DNA of 34,096 bases from Sanchytrium tribonematis (lineage: Eukaryota): assembly GCA_018985235.1 (NCBI GenBank), contig JADGIG010000040.1, positions 1 to 34,096 of the forward strand, given 5' to 3'. The first letter of the stretch is position 1; each line of letters opens with the position of its first letter. The translations under genes were made by a program, and so were the position numbers. This document shows, piece by piece, positions 10,830 through 21,246 of the stretch. Under the pieces are notes generated by a model that saw only the letters and a list, made by a program, of their open reading frames with translations, did not search any database and was not told the origin of the DNA.

Positions 10830-13800
10830 ATGGCCGAACATTTGAAAAATCACGAAGTTCAAGCATCTTTCTTTTCAAAACTCTTGTTCACCTGGATGAA
10901 TCCAGTTTTCAAATTAGGAAATAATTTGAACGATCTTAACTATATGAAAATGAATGAAACGGACAGATCTGAGAGTCAGTATTATACCTATTGCCTATTC
11001 AAGTCTATGTACCCCGAAAGATCCATTTTTAAATATATATTTAAAACGATTCAGAGTCTTTGGCTCAAGCAGTTGTTTTTTGGGCTTCTCTACTCAGTGT
11101 TTTCTGTCATGCCGTCATTTTTACTTCATCTGTTATTAAAATCTGGCAACTCGAATGAATTTATTTTATATCTACTTTTGATGGTTTTGGCCATTATTTT
11201 GACAAGTTTATTTGTGAACCAGACATACTTCTGCGGTAACAGATTAGTCATGAGAGTCAATTCAATTCTTCTTAGTGACATTGCCTACCGAACATTAGAA
11301 AAAAAACAATTCGAGATCCCTATCAGCGAGAATATTTTAAATTTAGTCAACATTGACGTTAAGATTGTAGCTGAATTTAGCAGAATACTATATTATTTGG
11401 TCACAGCACCAATTCAAATTTTAACATGCACTATTGTTTTGTGTTCGTTTCTAGGATATCCTGGACTAGTAGCGTTGCTTATTTTATTACTGACTGTCCC
11501 AATTCAAAAATTCTTACAAGGAAAAATATTGAAATTGCAGACGAAAATTCTTGAATATACGGACAAAAGGCTGCAGTCGACCAATGACCTACTCGATGCT
11601 ATACAAATTGTAAAGCTTAATGCTTGGGAAAATTTCTTTGAAAAGAGAATAGGCGGTTTCCGAGATCTTGAAATTCAAACATTACGGCGGTTCAAATGGT
11701 TCATGGGGTCTTTTGATTTATTGTTTAGTTTGGTGCCTACATTGATTCCTTATATTGTCATAACCCTATCTTTAAGTTTGGGAAACTCTTTGCCGCCTAG
11801 TAGTATTTTCGGATTACTAAGTATATTGCAAATTATTCAGTATCCTATCAGAGAATTTCCCGAAACTGCATTAAAATATTTTGAGTTCAAAGTTTCGATC
11901 AGCCGACTGCAAGATTTTTTACAGATTGTGGACATTAAAGAAAATGTGAATTCATTGAATTATGTTGGTTTCAAGCACGCAAAGCTGGGATATCTCAAAG
12001 AAGGGCATGAGAGCGCTTCCGCGGATGACTATTCATTCATGCTTGACATAAACTTGAAAGTTCCTGAAAACTGTTTAACAGTCATTCTTGGAAAATCGGG
12101 AAGTGGTAAATCTTCATTTTTGAAAGCTTTACTTGGTCAAGTACCTTTGTATGAAGGCGAAATTAGTAGAGGTATTCATGAAAACGCAGCAAATTCAGTC
12201 TCATATGTATCACAAATACCGTGGCTTATGAATGCATCCATTAGAAGCAATATTTTATTTTTCCAGAAATACGATCCCATCAGATATCAACATGTGATCA
12301 ATATTTGTAGTCTTAGTCATGATCTTGATATAATTACTGACGGTGATGAAACAATTGCAAATCTAAATTTAAGTGGCGGTCAGAAACAGCGTATCGCATT
12401 AGCGAGAGCCCTCTATTCAAACCACGAAATTTACTTGTTTGACGACATTTTTGCTTCCTTGGATTCAAGCACAGCGCAAGATATAATTAGTAATGTGTTT
12501 CTACAAGAATTGAGGTCCAAAACTCGAATCATATGCACAAATAATCCAAATCTCATTCTACCACAAGCAGATTATGTCATTTTAATGAAAGATGGCAGGC
12601 CGATTATCCACGGATCACCTGAGCAGCTTAAAGACAAGCTTTCCGGATTTGATAAAATGCTATTACGAGCACCAATATCAGAAAAGGCATCTTTAAATAC
12701 AGAACATGAGCAGAAATCTAAAGCATTTGAAAAAATTTATGGCGACACCAAATTCACGACCTATTTATTATACATAAAGTGCCTTGGTGGGATTTTCATT
12801 TTCCTCCTATTTCTTGGTGGCGATCTTTTTTTACAAATTTTAGGATTTTTAAGAGATTACAATTTGAAACTTTTTAGTATGGAGCCTAAATCTATTTACT
12901 TGAATAATTACATATACATCGTTATCGCATATTCAATTGCTCATCTAATATTTACATTCTTTAAAGTTGTTTCGGATATGTTAGCTTCAAAAAAAATTCA
13001 TAAATTGCTACTGAAAAGCGTATTGTACTCAAAAGTCGAATTTTTCCGCCTGAATTCTGTAGGTAAAATTTTAAATAGATTCTCAAATGATATGCTGATT
13101 ATTGACAAAACCTTGAATATCTCCCTTTTTTCAGTGGCTTACTTTGTGATAAACATAGCGAGCATATTTGTTTTTATTATTTTTTTCGTGCCCTGGTTTT
13201 CAATTCCTGCTTTCGTAGTAGCTTTTGCATATTACAAGGTCAGTGTTTATTTTTTAAAAACAGGCAGGGAACTCAAAAGGTTAGAAAGTAGCTTTAAAAG
13301 CCCTTTGATGAACGAATATCTTAACGCAATTGAAGGTGCAACATTTATTGATGTGTTTTCAGTTAAAAGTAATTTCATTGAGAACTTGTCAGAAAAAATT
13401 GATCTATATAATAATATACAATTTCAATTAAATTGTGCAAATCGCTGGCTCAGTATAAGAAGCGATTTGATGGGATCGATCATCGTATTGAGCACAGGAT
13501 TAGCCTTAATTGCAGTTCCAGATATCGGAATTGTTGGACTTGTATTGACTTACGCGTTAAATATAACCAACTCTCGTTATTTATTCTTACTTAGTTATTT
13601 GGTTACTTCAGCATCGCGCAAATCTAGAGATGGATGCTTGTGGTTTAGAAAGAATAGAAGAATTTATTGACTTGAAAGGCGAGACTTCTTCTGGAATAAT
13701 CATGACAAATTGGCCGAGCCTTGGTGCCTTGAAGATTGAAAACTTGAAAATTACATTTGGACAGTTCAAGGCAATTGAAATTTCCAGTCTTAATATCAAA

Positions 13801-14451
13801 GGAGGGTCCAAGATAGCAGTGGTTGGTAGGACTGGTTCCGGAAAGTCTACATTCTTAAATGCATTCTTTAGGCCATTCATTTATGAAGGATCGATATTAA
13901 TCGATGGTGTAAATATTAATGATATTCAATTAAATTCACTCAGAAAACAATTGTGTTTAATATCTCAAGATCCAGTACTTTTTCAGGGTTCTGTACGTGA
14001 AAATTTGGACTTATTGCAACATCATGACGATTTTGAACTTAATCAAATTCGAGAAAAATTAAATTTTCCTCTAGATTTAGATTACAGGGTCGATAAGCAA
14101 GGCAGTAATCTGTCCGTCGGCGAGAGGCAGCTGATTTGTCTGGGACGTGCTATGCTCCGTAATTCAAGGTTCATATGTATCGATGAAGCAACTGCTCATA
14201 TTGACGACGATTCCGATTTTCAGATACAGAAGTCTTTATCCGCTTTAAAAGATACGACAATTCTTTGTGTCGCCCACAGAATGAGAAGTATAATAGATTT
14301 TGATAAGGTCATAGTGCTGTATAATGGAGAAATCGTAGAATTTAATTCCCCAAAAACCTTAATTAGTAACCCAGCCTCTTACTTTCTTAAATTATGCAAG
14401 GATTCTGGTGATTATGAGCACATCTTACAAAGGCTAAGTCGTTCGAATTAA
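10830..14451 (+). CDS. ABCC/MRP-type full-length ABC transporter; exons 10830-13575 and 13595-14451, 1200 aa
   Basis: ASFFSKLLFTWMNP lasso motif, two TMDs and two NBDs (GKSGSGKSS/LSGGQKQR; GRTGSGKST/LSVGERQL). The intron restores NSLIWLLQHRANLEMDACGLERI. Confidence 0.9.
13576..13594 (+). other. Spliceosomal intron, 19 nt: GTTATTTATTCTTACTTAG
   Basis: GT-AG; joins the 10830 frame to the 13630 frame and rebuilds the ABCC L.WL...A.LE.....ERI motif. Confidence 0.88.
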
Positions 14452-14515
14452 TTATTATTTCTTAAATAGTCGATTTAACGTCTAGAATAAATTTTTCATT
14501 TCATTAGGAGAATTT

Positions 14516-16082
14516 ATGAAAAAAATTGTTATAGTGGGATTTGGAGAGGCAGGGAAAAGCTGCTACAGAATTTTGCACCCGATCCAGGACATAGAGGTGA
14601 TTAACATCAACAAAAAAATTGACAAAATTAATAGTAAAGACAATACGATTCATTGCAACAATGAAAAAATCACGTATGATTACTTGGTTTTGTGTACTGG
14701 AGCCTCCCCAAAAGAACTGAGTATCAATCATCCCCATATCAAGACTACACGAGACTTTAATTCGATTCAACAATTGGCTGAAATATCTAAAAAATCTAAT
14801 AGAATAGCCGTTTTGGGGAATGGCGGTGTAGCTCTTGAAGTTGTAAATGAGTTCAGACATGTGGATTTACTATGGATATTTAAAGACAGGCACATTGGAA
14901 AAGATTTTTTTGATGAGGAAACTTGCAAATATTTTTATCCATTTATGTTTAAAAAAGGTGTTCCAAACAAAAATGATGTTTGGGCATACTTAAATAGCGG
15001 GGAATCTCCTGATCTTTCCGTTTCTTCGTCCGTTGAATTGACTCCAAATGTGACCAATTTAAAAGGCGACAAACCATTAGGACCTGCGCTTGGTCCTATA
15101 TGGAAAGACAGCTTCAGAAAATTTCTCAAGGCATATGGAGACACGGACGTATTTCGAGACATCAGATTTGAGGCTCAAACCACCATTCAAGATATTTTGA
15201 GTCCTGTTGAAGTAGCGAAATTATTTGAGAAGCCAGATATTGATAATAGTGGCAATCCAGAAATTCAAAAAGGCTGGAGATTTGACCCTTTAATGAATAT
15301 TGAAATACCGCCATCTAAAATAAAGAATGTGGAAGAGATTTGGAGTGGTAATGTTGGCAAATTAAATACTAGCGAATTTCCACTATACCTTAAACTGAAA
15401 AATGGCAAAATTTATGGAGTAGACTATTTGATATGTGGACTAGGAGTCAAACCAAATACGTCTTATATCGATTCAGATGCAAATATTGCACTTAGTGCTG
15501 AATATGGTATTTTAGTAGATGATCAAATGAGGACCTATAAATCATCTAATAATAAGCCTTTTGATAAGCACGATAATATTTTTGCTGCTGGAGATGTTTC
15601 TACAATATACCCACTGCCAACAAATTTCGTGCAGAAGAGGCTCTGGTCCCAAGCGCGAATAATGGGCATCGCTGCTGCCCATTCTATAATTAAGTCCTTG
15701 AACTTAAAAACATTCATGATACCAAATGAGTCCTGCTCTTTAACGCAATTCTGCATGTTGCCTTCACTCTCTACAATAATGCTGAAGCGTTACTTTGAAA
15801 ATTTTATTCACGTTACGTCCTTTTTTGGCTTAAGAACTGTGTTTCTCGGTAAATATAATGGTCAGGGTCTGTCTTGTAAATATGAATATCATCGCGCTGG
15901 TAACGGTATCATTAAATATGCGATATCAAATGAAAAAATTAGGGGCGCAATAATCATTGGCGACACAGGAATGGAGGTATTCTTTAGTAATTTAGGATTA
16001 CGTAGAAAACCTAGTTATCTCGGGCTGTAAAACAGAACTTTTGGACTTGAATACAAACGATGTAGAGCTATTTGCGGATTAA
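14516..16082 (+). CDS. PYROXD1: Pyridine nucleotide-disulfide oxidoreductase PYROXD1-like; exons 14516-15976 and 15996-16082, 515 aa
   Basis: IAVLGNGGVALE, GPALGPIW, NGKIYGVDYLICGLGVKPN, IFAAGDV, RLWSQARIMG. Splicing gives GDTGMEDYVENLVI...DVELFAD*, like the PYROXD1 C-terminus. Confidence 0.85.
15977..15995 (+). other. Spliceosomal intron, 19 nt: GTATTCTTTAGTAATTTAG
   Basis: GT-AG; removal gives the family-like C-terminus E..ENL.I; fits the shared 3' consensus. Confidence 0.85.
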
Positions 16083-16125
16083 ATGTTTTAAATTTTTAGC
16101 ACATTAGTAAAACTCCCTTGAACCA

Positions 16126-16383
16126 ATGAAAATTATTTCGCAAGATTCCTTGAAAAATGTGTCACTATTGGAATTCCAAGGTGAGTTCTCAAAATTTAGC
16201 GGCTCAATGAAGTTACAGTCCGATGGGATTAAAATTGGGAATCAAATTATTCCCATGAAGAAAAGTAGGGATGACAAATTTAAATACATACTGGAAAAAG
16301 TAAGTGGGAAAGAAACACTTAGAATTAAACACAAAGTCAAATCGCACAAGATGCACACAGACAGGCCCTATTTGGATCTATAA
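16126..16383 (+). CDS. CTF8: Ctf8-like subunit of the Ctf18-RFC clamp loader (85 aa)
   Basis: LLEFQGEF, IKIGNQII and terminal K..K...RP pattern typical of Ctf8; small and divergent. Confidence 0.6.
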   Translation: MKIISQDSLKNVSLLEFQGEFSKFSGSMKLQSDGIKIGNQIIPMKKSRDDKFKYILEKVSGKETLRIKHKVKSHKMHTDRPYLDL

Positions 16384-16389
16384 GTTTTA

Positions 16390-16983
16390 TTAAAATCCAT
16401 ATTTGACCAGCTCAGATTCCAATTTTTTGACGTTATCGTTCTTTTTAATTTGCTTCTTCTTTAACTGAGAAGCGTACCACTTCGCGTCTTTAATTTTTCG
16501 CTTTGCTTCAAGTTTTTCCACAACATCGCCATATTTCCAGCCAACGGTTTTTGATAGGGATCCGACAGTACAATATTTTCGAGTAGGTTTGAGACGAAGT
16601 TGTCTGTAAGCTTCAGGTACGATCAATCTTTTGGTAGTTTGATATTTAGGTGGAATACCCTCAACAATTGTGAGTCTGGACAACGCTTGTTCTCCTCTTT
16701 TAGTAAATCTGGGCACCATGCCGCGAACTGCTTTGTGAAACATCATAGAAGGAGCCCTAAAATGAAAAGGACCTTTTGCAGGTTGAACCAAACATCTTTT
16801 TCTAAGATAGTGTGAATGAAGCAATTTGTTTCTCGCTAAAGATCCACTGTAACAAAGATCTTCGGCACGAACCACGACAATTTCCTGTCCCTCTAGAAGT
16901 TGTTTAGCTACAATGGAAGCTAATCGACCAACCATATGATCTTTCCCATCAATGACTACTTGATTCTCGAATGTATTGACCAT
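16390..16983 (-). CDS. RPL13A: 60S ribosomal protein uL13 (L13a / yeast L16)
   Basis: [48 protein letters not shown]. Confidence 0.97.
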   Translation of the reverse strand: MVNTFENQVVIDGKDHMVGRLASIVAKQLLEGQEIVVVRAEDLCYSGSLARNKLLHSHYLRKRCLVQPAKGPFHFRAPSMMFHKAVRGMVPRFTKRGEQALSRLTIVEGIPPKYQTTKRLIVPEAYRQLRLKPTRKYCTVGSLSKTVGWKYGDVVEKLEAKRKIKDAKWYASQLKKKQIKKNDNVKKLESELVKYGF

Positions 16984-17081
16984 TTAATCAAATGAGTAAT
17001 ATAATGACTTTATGTAGAAAATTTCATGGTTCCTGTCCAATCAGTTGACGATACAAATACCCAAAAAAGGAGACCATTTTC

Positions 17082-18038
17082 CTATAAATGATTCAACGTG
17101 TTTAAATAAATTTGCAATCGATTAATTTTACTGGCCAATGACTCTACTTCAACACTTTCTTTTTTTTTAATTAAAAATGAAGGCGCAAAATTTAGACTGC
17201 TATGTGAGCTTCCGCAATTTCTGGGCGTGGCACTATTTTGTTGATTTCGCTCAGGGTTTTGCCTATAATTAAAGTTGGTCATGTTTTTGTTGCTCTTAAA
17301 AGTTTGATTAGAACCCGATTCTGAGGTATTTCTGCTTCTGGAGCGCTGATAACGAAGTTCTGAGGACTTATTGCTTTTCGGTCGTAAGTTTTTAACTGAA
17401 TGAATATTCCGCATGCTAATGCTATTCGTATCGGGCATACATTTTCCACGCGTCGTATTTTCAATTAAAAATATTTGTGCCTCTTTTCGCTTCAATTCCT
17501 TTTGCAGCCGGTCGCATTTTGAAGCCATTGTACCAAGTTCTTTATTGAGCTGTTCAAAACTTCTGTACAATTTCGATTTTAGTTTAACCACTGTAACTTC
17601 GTCCAATAATCGCATTCTTTCAAAAAGTGAATCACATTCCCTGGAGTAGATATAATCTCTTAAGTGATTATTGGTTGCTGGAATTTTATCCTTCAATAGT
17701 GGAAGTGGGAAAAATATGTCATTTGATTTGTTTAAAACTATATACAACTTTCCCTCCATTTCTGCTCTATTCAAGTTATTTCTTTTTTCATCGAATATAA
17801 TCTGCTTTTTGCTCCCAGATAAGATTTTTGGAAAATCAGCCACTGATCGCATCAAATACAATAAGTTGTACATTTCAAATATGGTTAGACCTGCACCACA
17901 TTTCAATGACATTTTTTTAATAAAGGACTCTGAGAATTGATTTGACCAAGTTGTATTATAGCATTTTAAAAACACATTGAGATTATTGCCTTTAATCTCT
18001 ACTGTCAAAGCCGAGTTATTAGCTAAATTCAGTTTCAT
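17082..18038 (-). CDS. CCDC61: CCDC61/VFL3-like centriolar protein (SAS-6 superfamily head plus coiled coil), 318 aa
   Basis: Head motifs WSNQFSESFIKKMSLKCG and KLYIVL...DIFFPLPL, coiled coil, S/R-rich linker and C-terminal KINRLQIYLNTL resemble CCDC61. Confidence 0.7.
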   Translation of the reverse strand: MKLNLANNSALTVEIKGNNLNVFLKCYNTTWSNQFSESFIKKMSLKCGAGLTIFEMYNLLYLMRSVADFPKILSGSKKQIIFDEKRNNLNRAEMEGKLYIVLNKSNDIFFPLPLLKDKIPATNNHLRDYIYSRECDSLFERMRLLDEVTVVKLKSKLYRSFEQLNKELGTMASKCDRLQKELKRKEAQIFLIENTTRGKCMPDTNSISMRNIHSVKNLRPKSNKSSELRYQRSRSRNTSESGSNQTFKSNKNMTNFNYRQNPERNQQNSATPRNCGSSHSSLNFAPSFLIKKKESVEVESLASKINRLQIYLNTLNHL

Positions 18039-18044
18039 GAAAAA

Positions 18045-19686
18045 TTAGTCTTTTTTATTTTTTATCGATAAATTGAGCTCTTTCTCCATTTCCTCGATGC
18101 TAATTAAGCCATCTTTGTCAATGTCAAATTTTTGAACAATTGTGTCAATTTGATGGTTGTCCACGGAATGCTTAATTGTCTTAAGGGCAATCCTCAAGTC
18201 GCCAATTGTTATTTGACCTTTTGGATTTGGAACTACTAAATTCAAGGACGATCCAATTTGCTGGTCTATGGTATCAAGTTCTTTTGAAATTTTTTCTACC
18301 AAATTTTTTACAGGCGTTTCATGAGAAGTACTGTTGTCAACGATACTTTCTAGTAATTTTCTTTCATCATCCACCAAACTTTGATTCATCATCACCCTTA
18401 AAACTGACGCAAGCTCAACTTTTTGGCTTTCGGATAACTCAGACTAAATTAAAACTAATTACGACGTCTTCTCGTGATATATTTTCTTCGATTCTAACTT
18501 TCTCCTCTAATTCACGTTCAATTTTTTCTTTTTCAATTTCCTTCATTTCTTCTTTAACTGCATCTAAAACAACTTGCTTTTCTCCCTTTTCACGAGCAAA
18601 ATCAAGCATTGTTTCTTTGATAACCGTTTCGGGCAGAGTTTTCAAGGTATCTTGTAAAACCGACAGGGTTTCACCAGAAAGTCCATTAGAATTTATGTTG
18701 GCAGTAGTTGGTCTTGATGCGGTCTGACTTTGATCTGTTTTAAATTGCATGTCCAATAGTAATATACGGCTTAAAACCAATAGAATATTTGGAACATCAT
18801 AAACAACTGATAATTCAACCCATTGACTGAGGTCTAACCGCATTCGTCTGGGTGAAGTAAGTGGAATTCCACGTTCTTTACACATAGTTTGTAATTCAGG
18901 AATCGGGATGTCTTTGATGATTTCTATTAGAGTTTTTGGAGCTTCCGGAAGAGATTTTTCAACAATACTTTTTACCGAATGATTAGCTGACAGTAATCTT
19001 TCCGCGTCTTTTAATATTAGACTATCCTCTTGTCTTATTTTGTTTACATGTCTTGCAATGCTTTTTCGTATCATTTCTGTTGTACCAATTCCTGGGATGG
19101 CGAAATAGCGACTGATACTGATTAGTTGTGGTCGACTTAAATGATCAAGAGTGACGTTGTCCTGAAATTTCTGGCATAACTTCAATAAGTCGGGGGTTTC
19201 AACTATAGATTTCTCTGATGTATTGGAATTTGTTTGAATGTTTTGTAACAAATTAGCGAAATCCGACAATTCTCCCTTGTTTTTTTCCTCTAGAGTTTCT
19301 CTGAGAAAACCCGCGACTTGCAATCGGATACCTAATAGTTTTTTTCTATTTTCCTGCTCCTTAAATTCATCTCGAAAGGTTGAGGGCAAAAAATTCGGAA
19401 AAACTTTGATAACAATTGGAAGCAACAATTCCATGAAAGGAACTATGAGAAATACCGAAAATGGAATAATTCTTAGCAAGTCGCTAGTGGTGCGTTTTAA
19501 TTGACGATGTTCACGATGTGTCAAAGAATTACCATTCAATAATTGTCGCAATAACTTGGTAGAAATTCTAGTTTCAGTAACCAAAAGCTTGGAGCCTGCC
19601 CACATATGAGAAGCTTCATTTTTAACGCGCTGCCAAATCGTGGGCTTTGTAGAGAAGCGTACAACAGTATATCCGAATCGAAACAT
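18045..19686 (-). CDS. LETM1: LETM1/Mdm38 mitochondrial inner membrane protein with EF-hand tail; exons 19686-18463 and 18443-18045, 540 aa
   Basis: LTHREHRQLKRTTSDLLRIIPFSVFLIVPFMELLLP...FPNFLPSTF; exon 2 carries DIDKDGLISIEE. Confidence 0.9.
18444..18462 (-). other. Spliceosomal intron, 19 nt: GTAATTAGTTTTAATTTAG
   Basis: GT-AG; puts ORF 18439..19686 in frame with 18045..18395. Confidence 0.85.
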
Positions 19687-19725
19687 AAAAAATAAATCTC
19701 CCTTTCCAGGAGACTTTGTAGCAAA
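19687..19725. promoter_or_regulatory. 39-nt bidirectional spacer between LETM1 and GNA1
   Basis: TCTCCCTTT on plus (from 19697) and TCTCCTGGAAA on minus (from 19713), one facing each gene. Confidence 0.5.
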
Positions 19726-20246
19726 ATGTCTCTCTTCCCACCTACTCTAGTCTCAAAAGATATTGCTATGCCAGAAGGGTACACGATTAGACCACTTCAT
19801 TTGGAAGATTATCACAAGGGATTTTTAGATTGTTTAAAAGGTTTAACTATGGTAGGTAATGTTACATTCGACGAGTTCACGATGAGATTCAGAGAATTGA
19901 ATCACGACTATTACATAGTTGTAATCGAGGATCTTAACAATCAACGCATTGTTGGAGCTGGAACTCTTGTAAATGAGAAAAAATTTATCCGACACTGTGG
20001 AAAAGTTGGGCATATTGAAGACATCGTGGTGGATGAAAGTCAGCGAGGAAAGAGATTTGGACTGAAAATCATTGAACAACTTAAACATATTGCAATTAAC
20101 TCTGGTTGCTACAAGGTTTATTTACATTTATGAAGGTCATCCTGGATTGCGCAGAGCACAACCTAGCCTTTTACGAGAAGTGTGGTTTGAAGAAAAAAGA
20201 AATTCAGATGGTACTCTACTTTCCTCAAAACGAGCCAAAAACGTAA
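19726..20246 (+). CDS. GNA1: Glucosamine-6-phosphate N-acetyltransferase; exons 19726-20115 and 20136-20246, 166 aa
   Basis: IRPL...DY.KGF, EKKFIRHCGKVGHIEDIVV; splicing restores GCYKVILDC...FYEKCG. Confidence 0.95.
20116..20135 (+). other. Spliceosomal intron, 20 nt: GTTTATTTACATTTATGAAG
   Basis: GT-AG with AAG acceptor; restores CYK|VILDC exactly. Confidence 0.92.
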
Positions 20247-20254
20247 ATAAATAT

Positions 20255-21221
20255 TTACTGCTCGGATGAGTGGACTTTAAAATAGAAATAATTATCATCA
20301 AAAAAATGAATACGAAAGGAACCTTCCTCTGCACCACTAATGTACCCACAACCGTCGGGTAGAAATGTAATGCTATTAATGGGCGAAAAGTGACCTGGAA
20401 TTCGCCCAATTTCCTTTTCAAATATTTTATGGAAAATCCGGGCTTCAAATTTTCCCGACTGACCAGCAGTAGTCGTTACTTCCATCCTAAATTAAAACAG
20501 TATACGCGTCTTGTCCTCCTCCAAGAATTACATGCTCTTTTCTGGTGGATATGGAGGCACTATTAACAGGACGATCTGACTTGTACACCTTCAAAGGAGT
20601 CAAATTATAGTCATAAAGACGTGCAGTGTGGTCTTTTGAAGAAGTTATAAAATGCGATTTGTCCATACTAAATTGGATATCGGTAATTACTTTTTCATGA
20701 TCAAAAATCTGCTTAATGAGTTCATTTTCTCTATTAAAAATCAAAAGCTTACCATCTTCATATCCAACCAAAATCGTCTCATCTAAGGGCCCCCATTTAC
20801 TTATTGTACTCTTATTGTCACTATCGATCGGAAAAATTACTTTTTGATTGCAATCTCTGTCTAAAATAACGATTTGATTTTGCTGCTTACCATACTTTTC
20901 TAACAATAATAAAATTTCCGTCCCATTCGTTGAAAATTGACAGCTTCTAACGGGCTGACTGAATTCTTTTTTGTTCTTTAATTCTCCATTGTACCAAACT
21001 CTCAATGAGAAATCGGCGCTGGCACTAATAATTGTGTAATTGTAAATGTCAATGTCCCACACTGTTCCTTCGTGTTTGCAAGTACCATAACATTCCAAAT
21101 TGTTTATATTCCATAGCGCAATTGTCGCATCTTTCGATGCACTTACAATTAAGTCTCCGTCAGAATTGACAATAACTTTGGTGATAGGACGACTATGTCC
21201 AAAAGCTACAATCGGTTTCAT
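20255..21221 (-). CDS. TIF34: Translation initiation factor eIF3 subunit i (WD40); exons 21221-20506 and 20486-20255, 315 aa
   Basis: MKPI...GHSRPIT, FITSSKDHTARL; splicing restores LGGGQDAMEVTTT...GKFEARIFH...GHFSPINSI. Confidence 0.95.
20487..20505 (-). other. Spliceosomal intron, 19 nt: GTATACTGTTTTAATTTAG
   Basis: GT-AG; GC|G ATG rebuilds GGQDAMEVTTT. Confidence 0.94.
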
Positions 21222-21246
21222 TCAAGGAGGTGACTCAAAATTGTAG
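21222..21246. promoter_or_regulatory. 25-nt bidirectional spacer between eIF3i and eIF5B start codons
   Basis: Divergent ATGs at 21221 and 21247; contains CTCCTTGA abutting the eIF3i ATG (minus strand) and TGACTCA at 21231-21237. Confidence 0.55.

Noticed and set aside
20167..20174. CCTTTTAC resembling U5 snRNA loop 1
   Set aside because: Lies within GNA1 exon 2, coding for AFY, with no surrounding snRNA structure.
21224..21233. Perfect Shine-Dalgarno-like AAGGAGGTGA upstream of eIF5B (also AGGAG before PYROXD1)
   Set aside because: All genes are eukaryotic with spliceosomal introns; at 21224 it is the reverse complement of the CTCCTT motif serving eIF3i.
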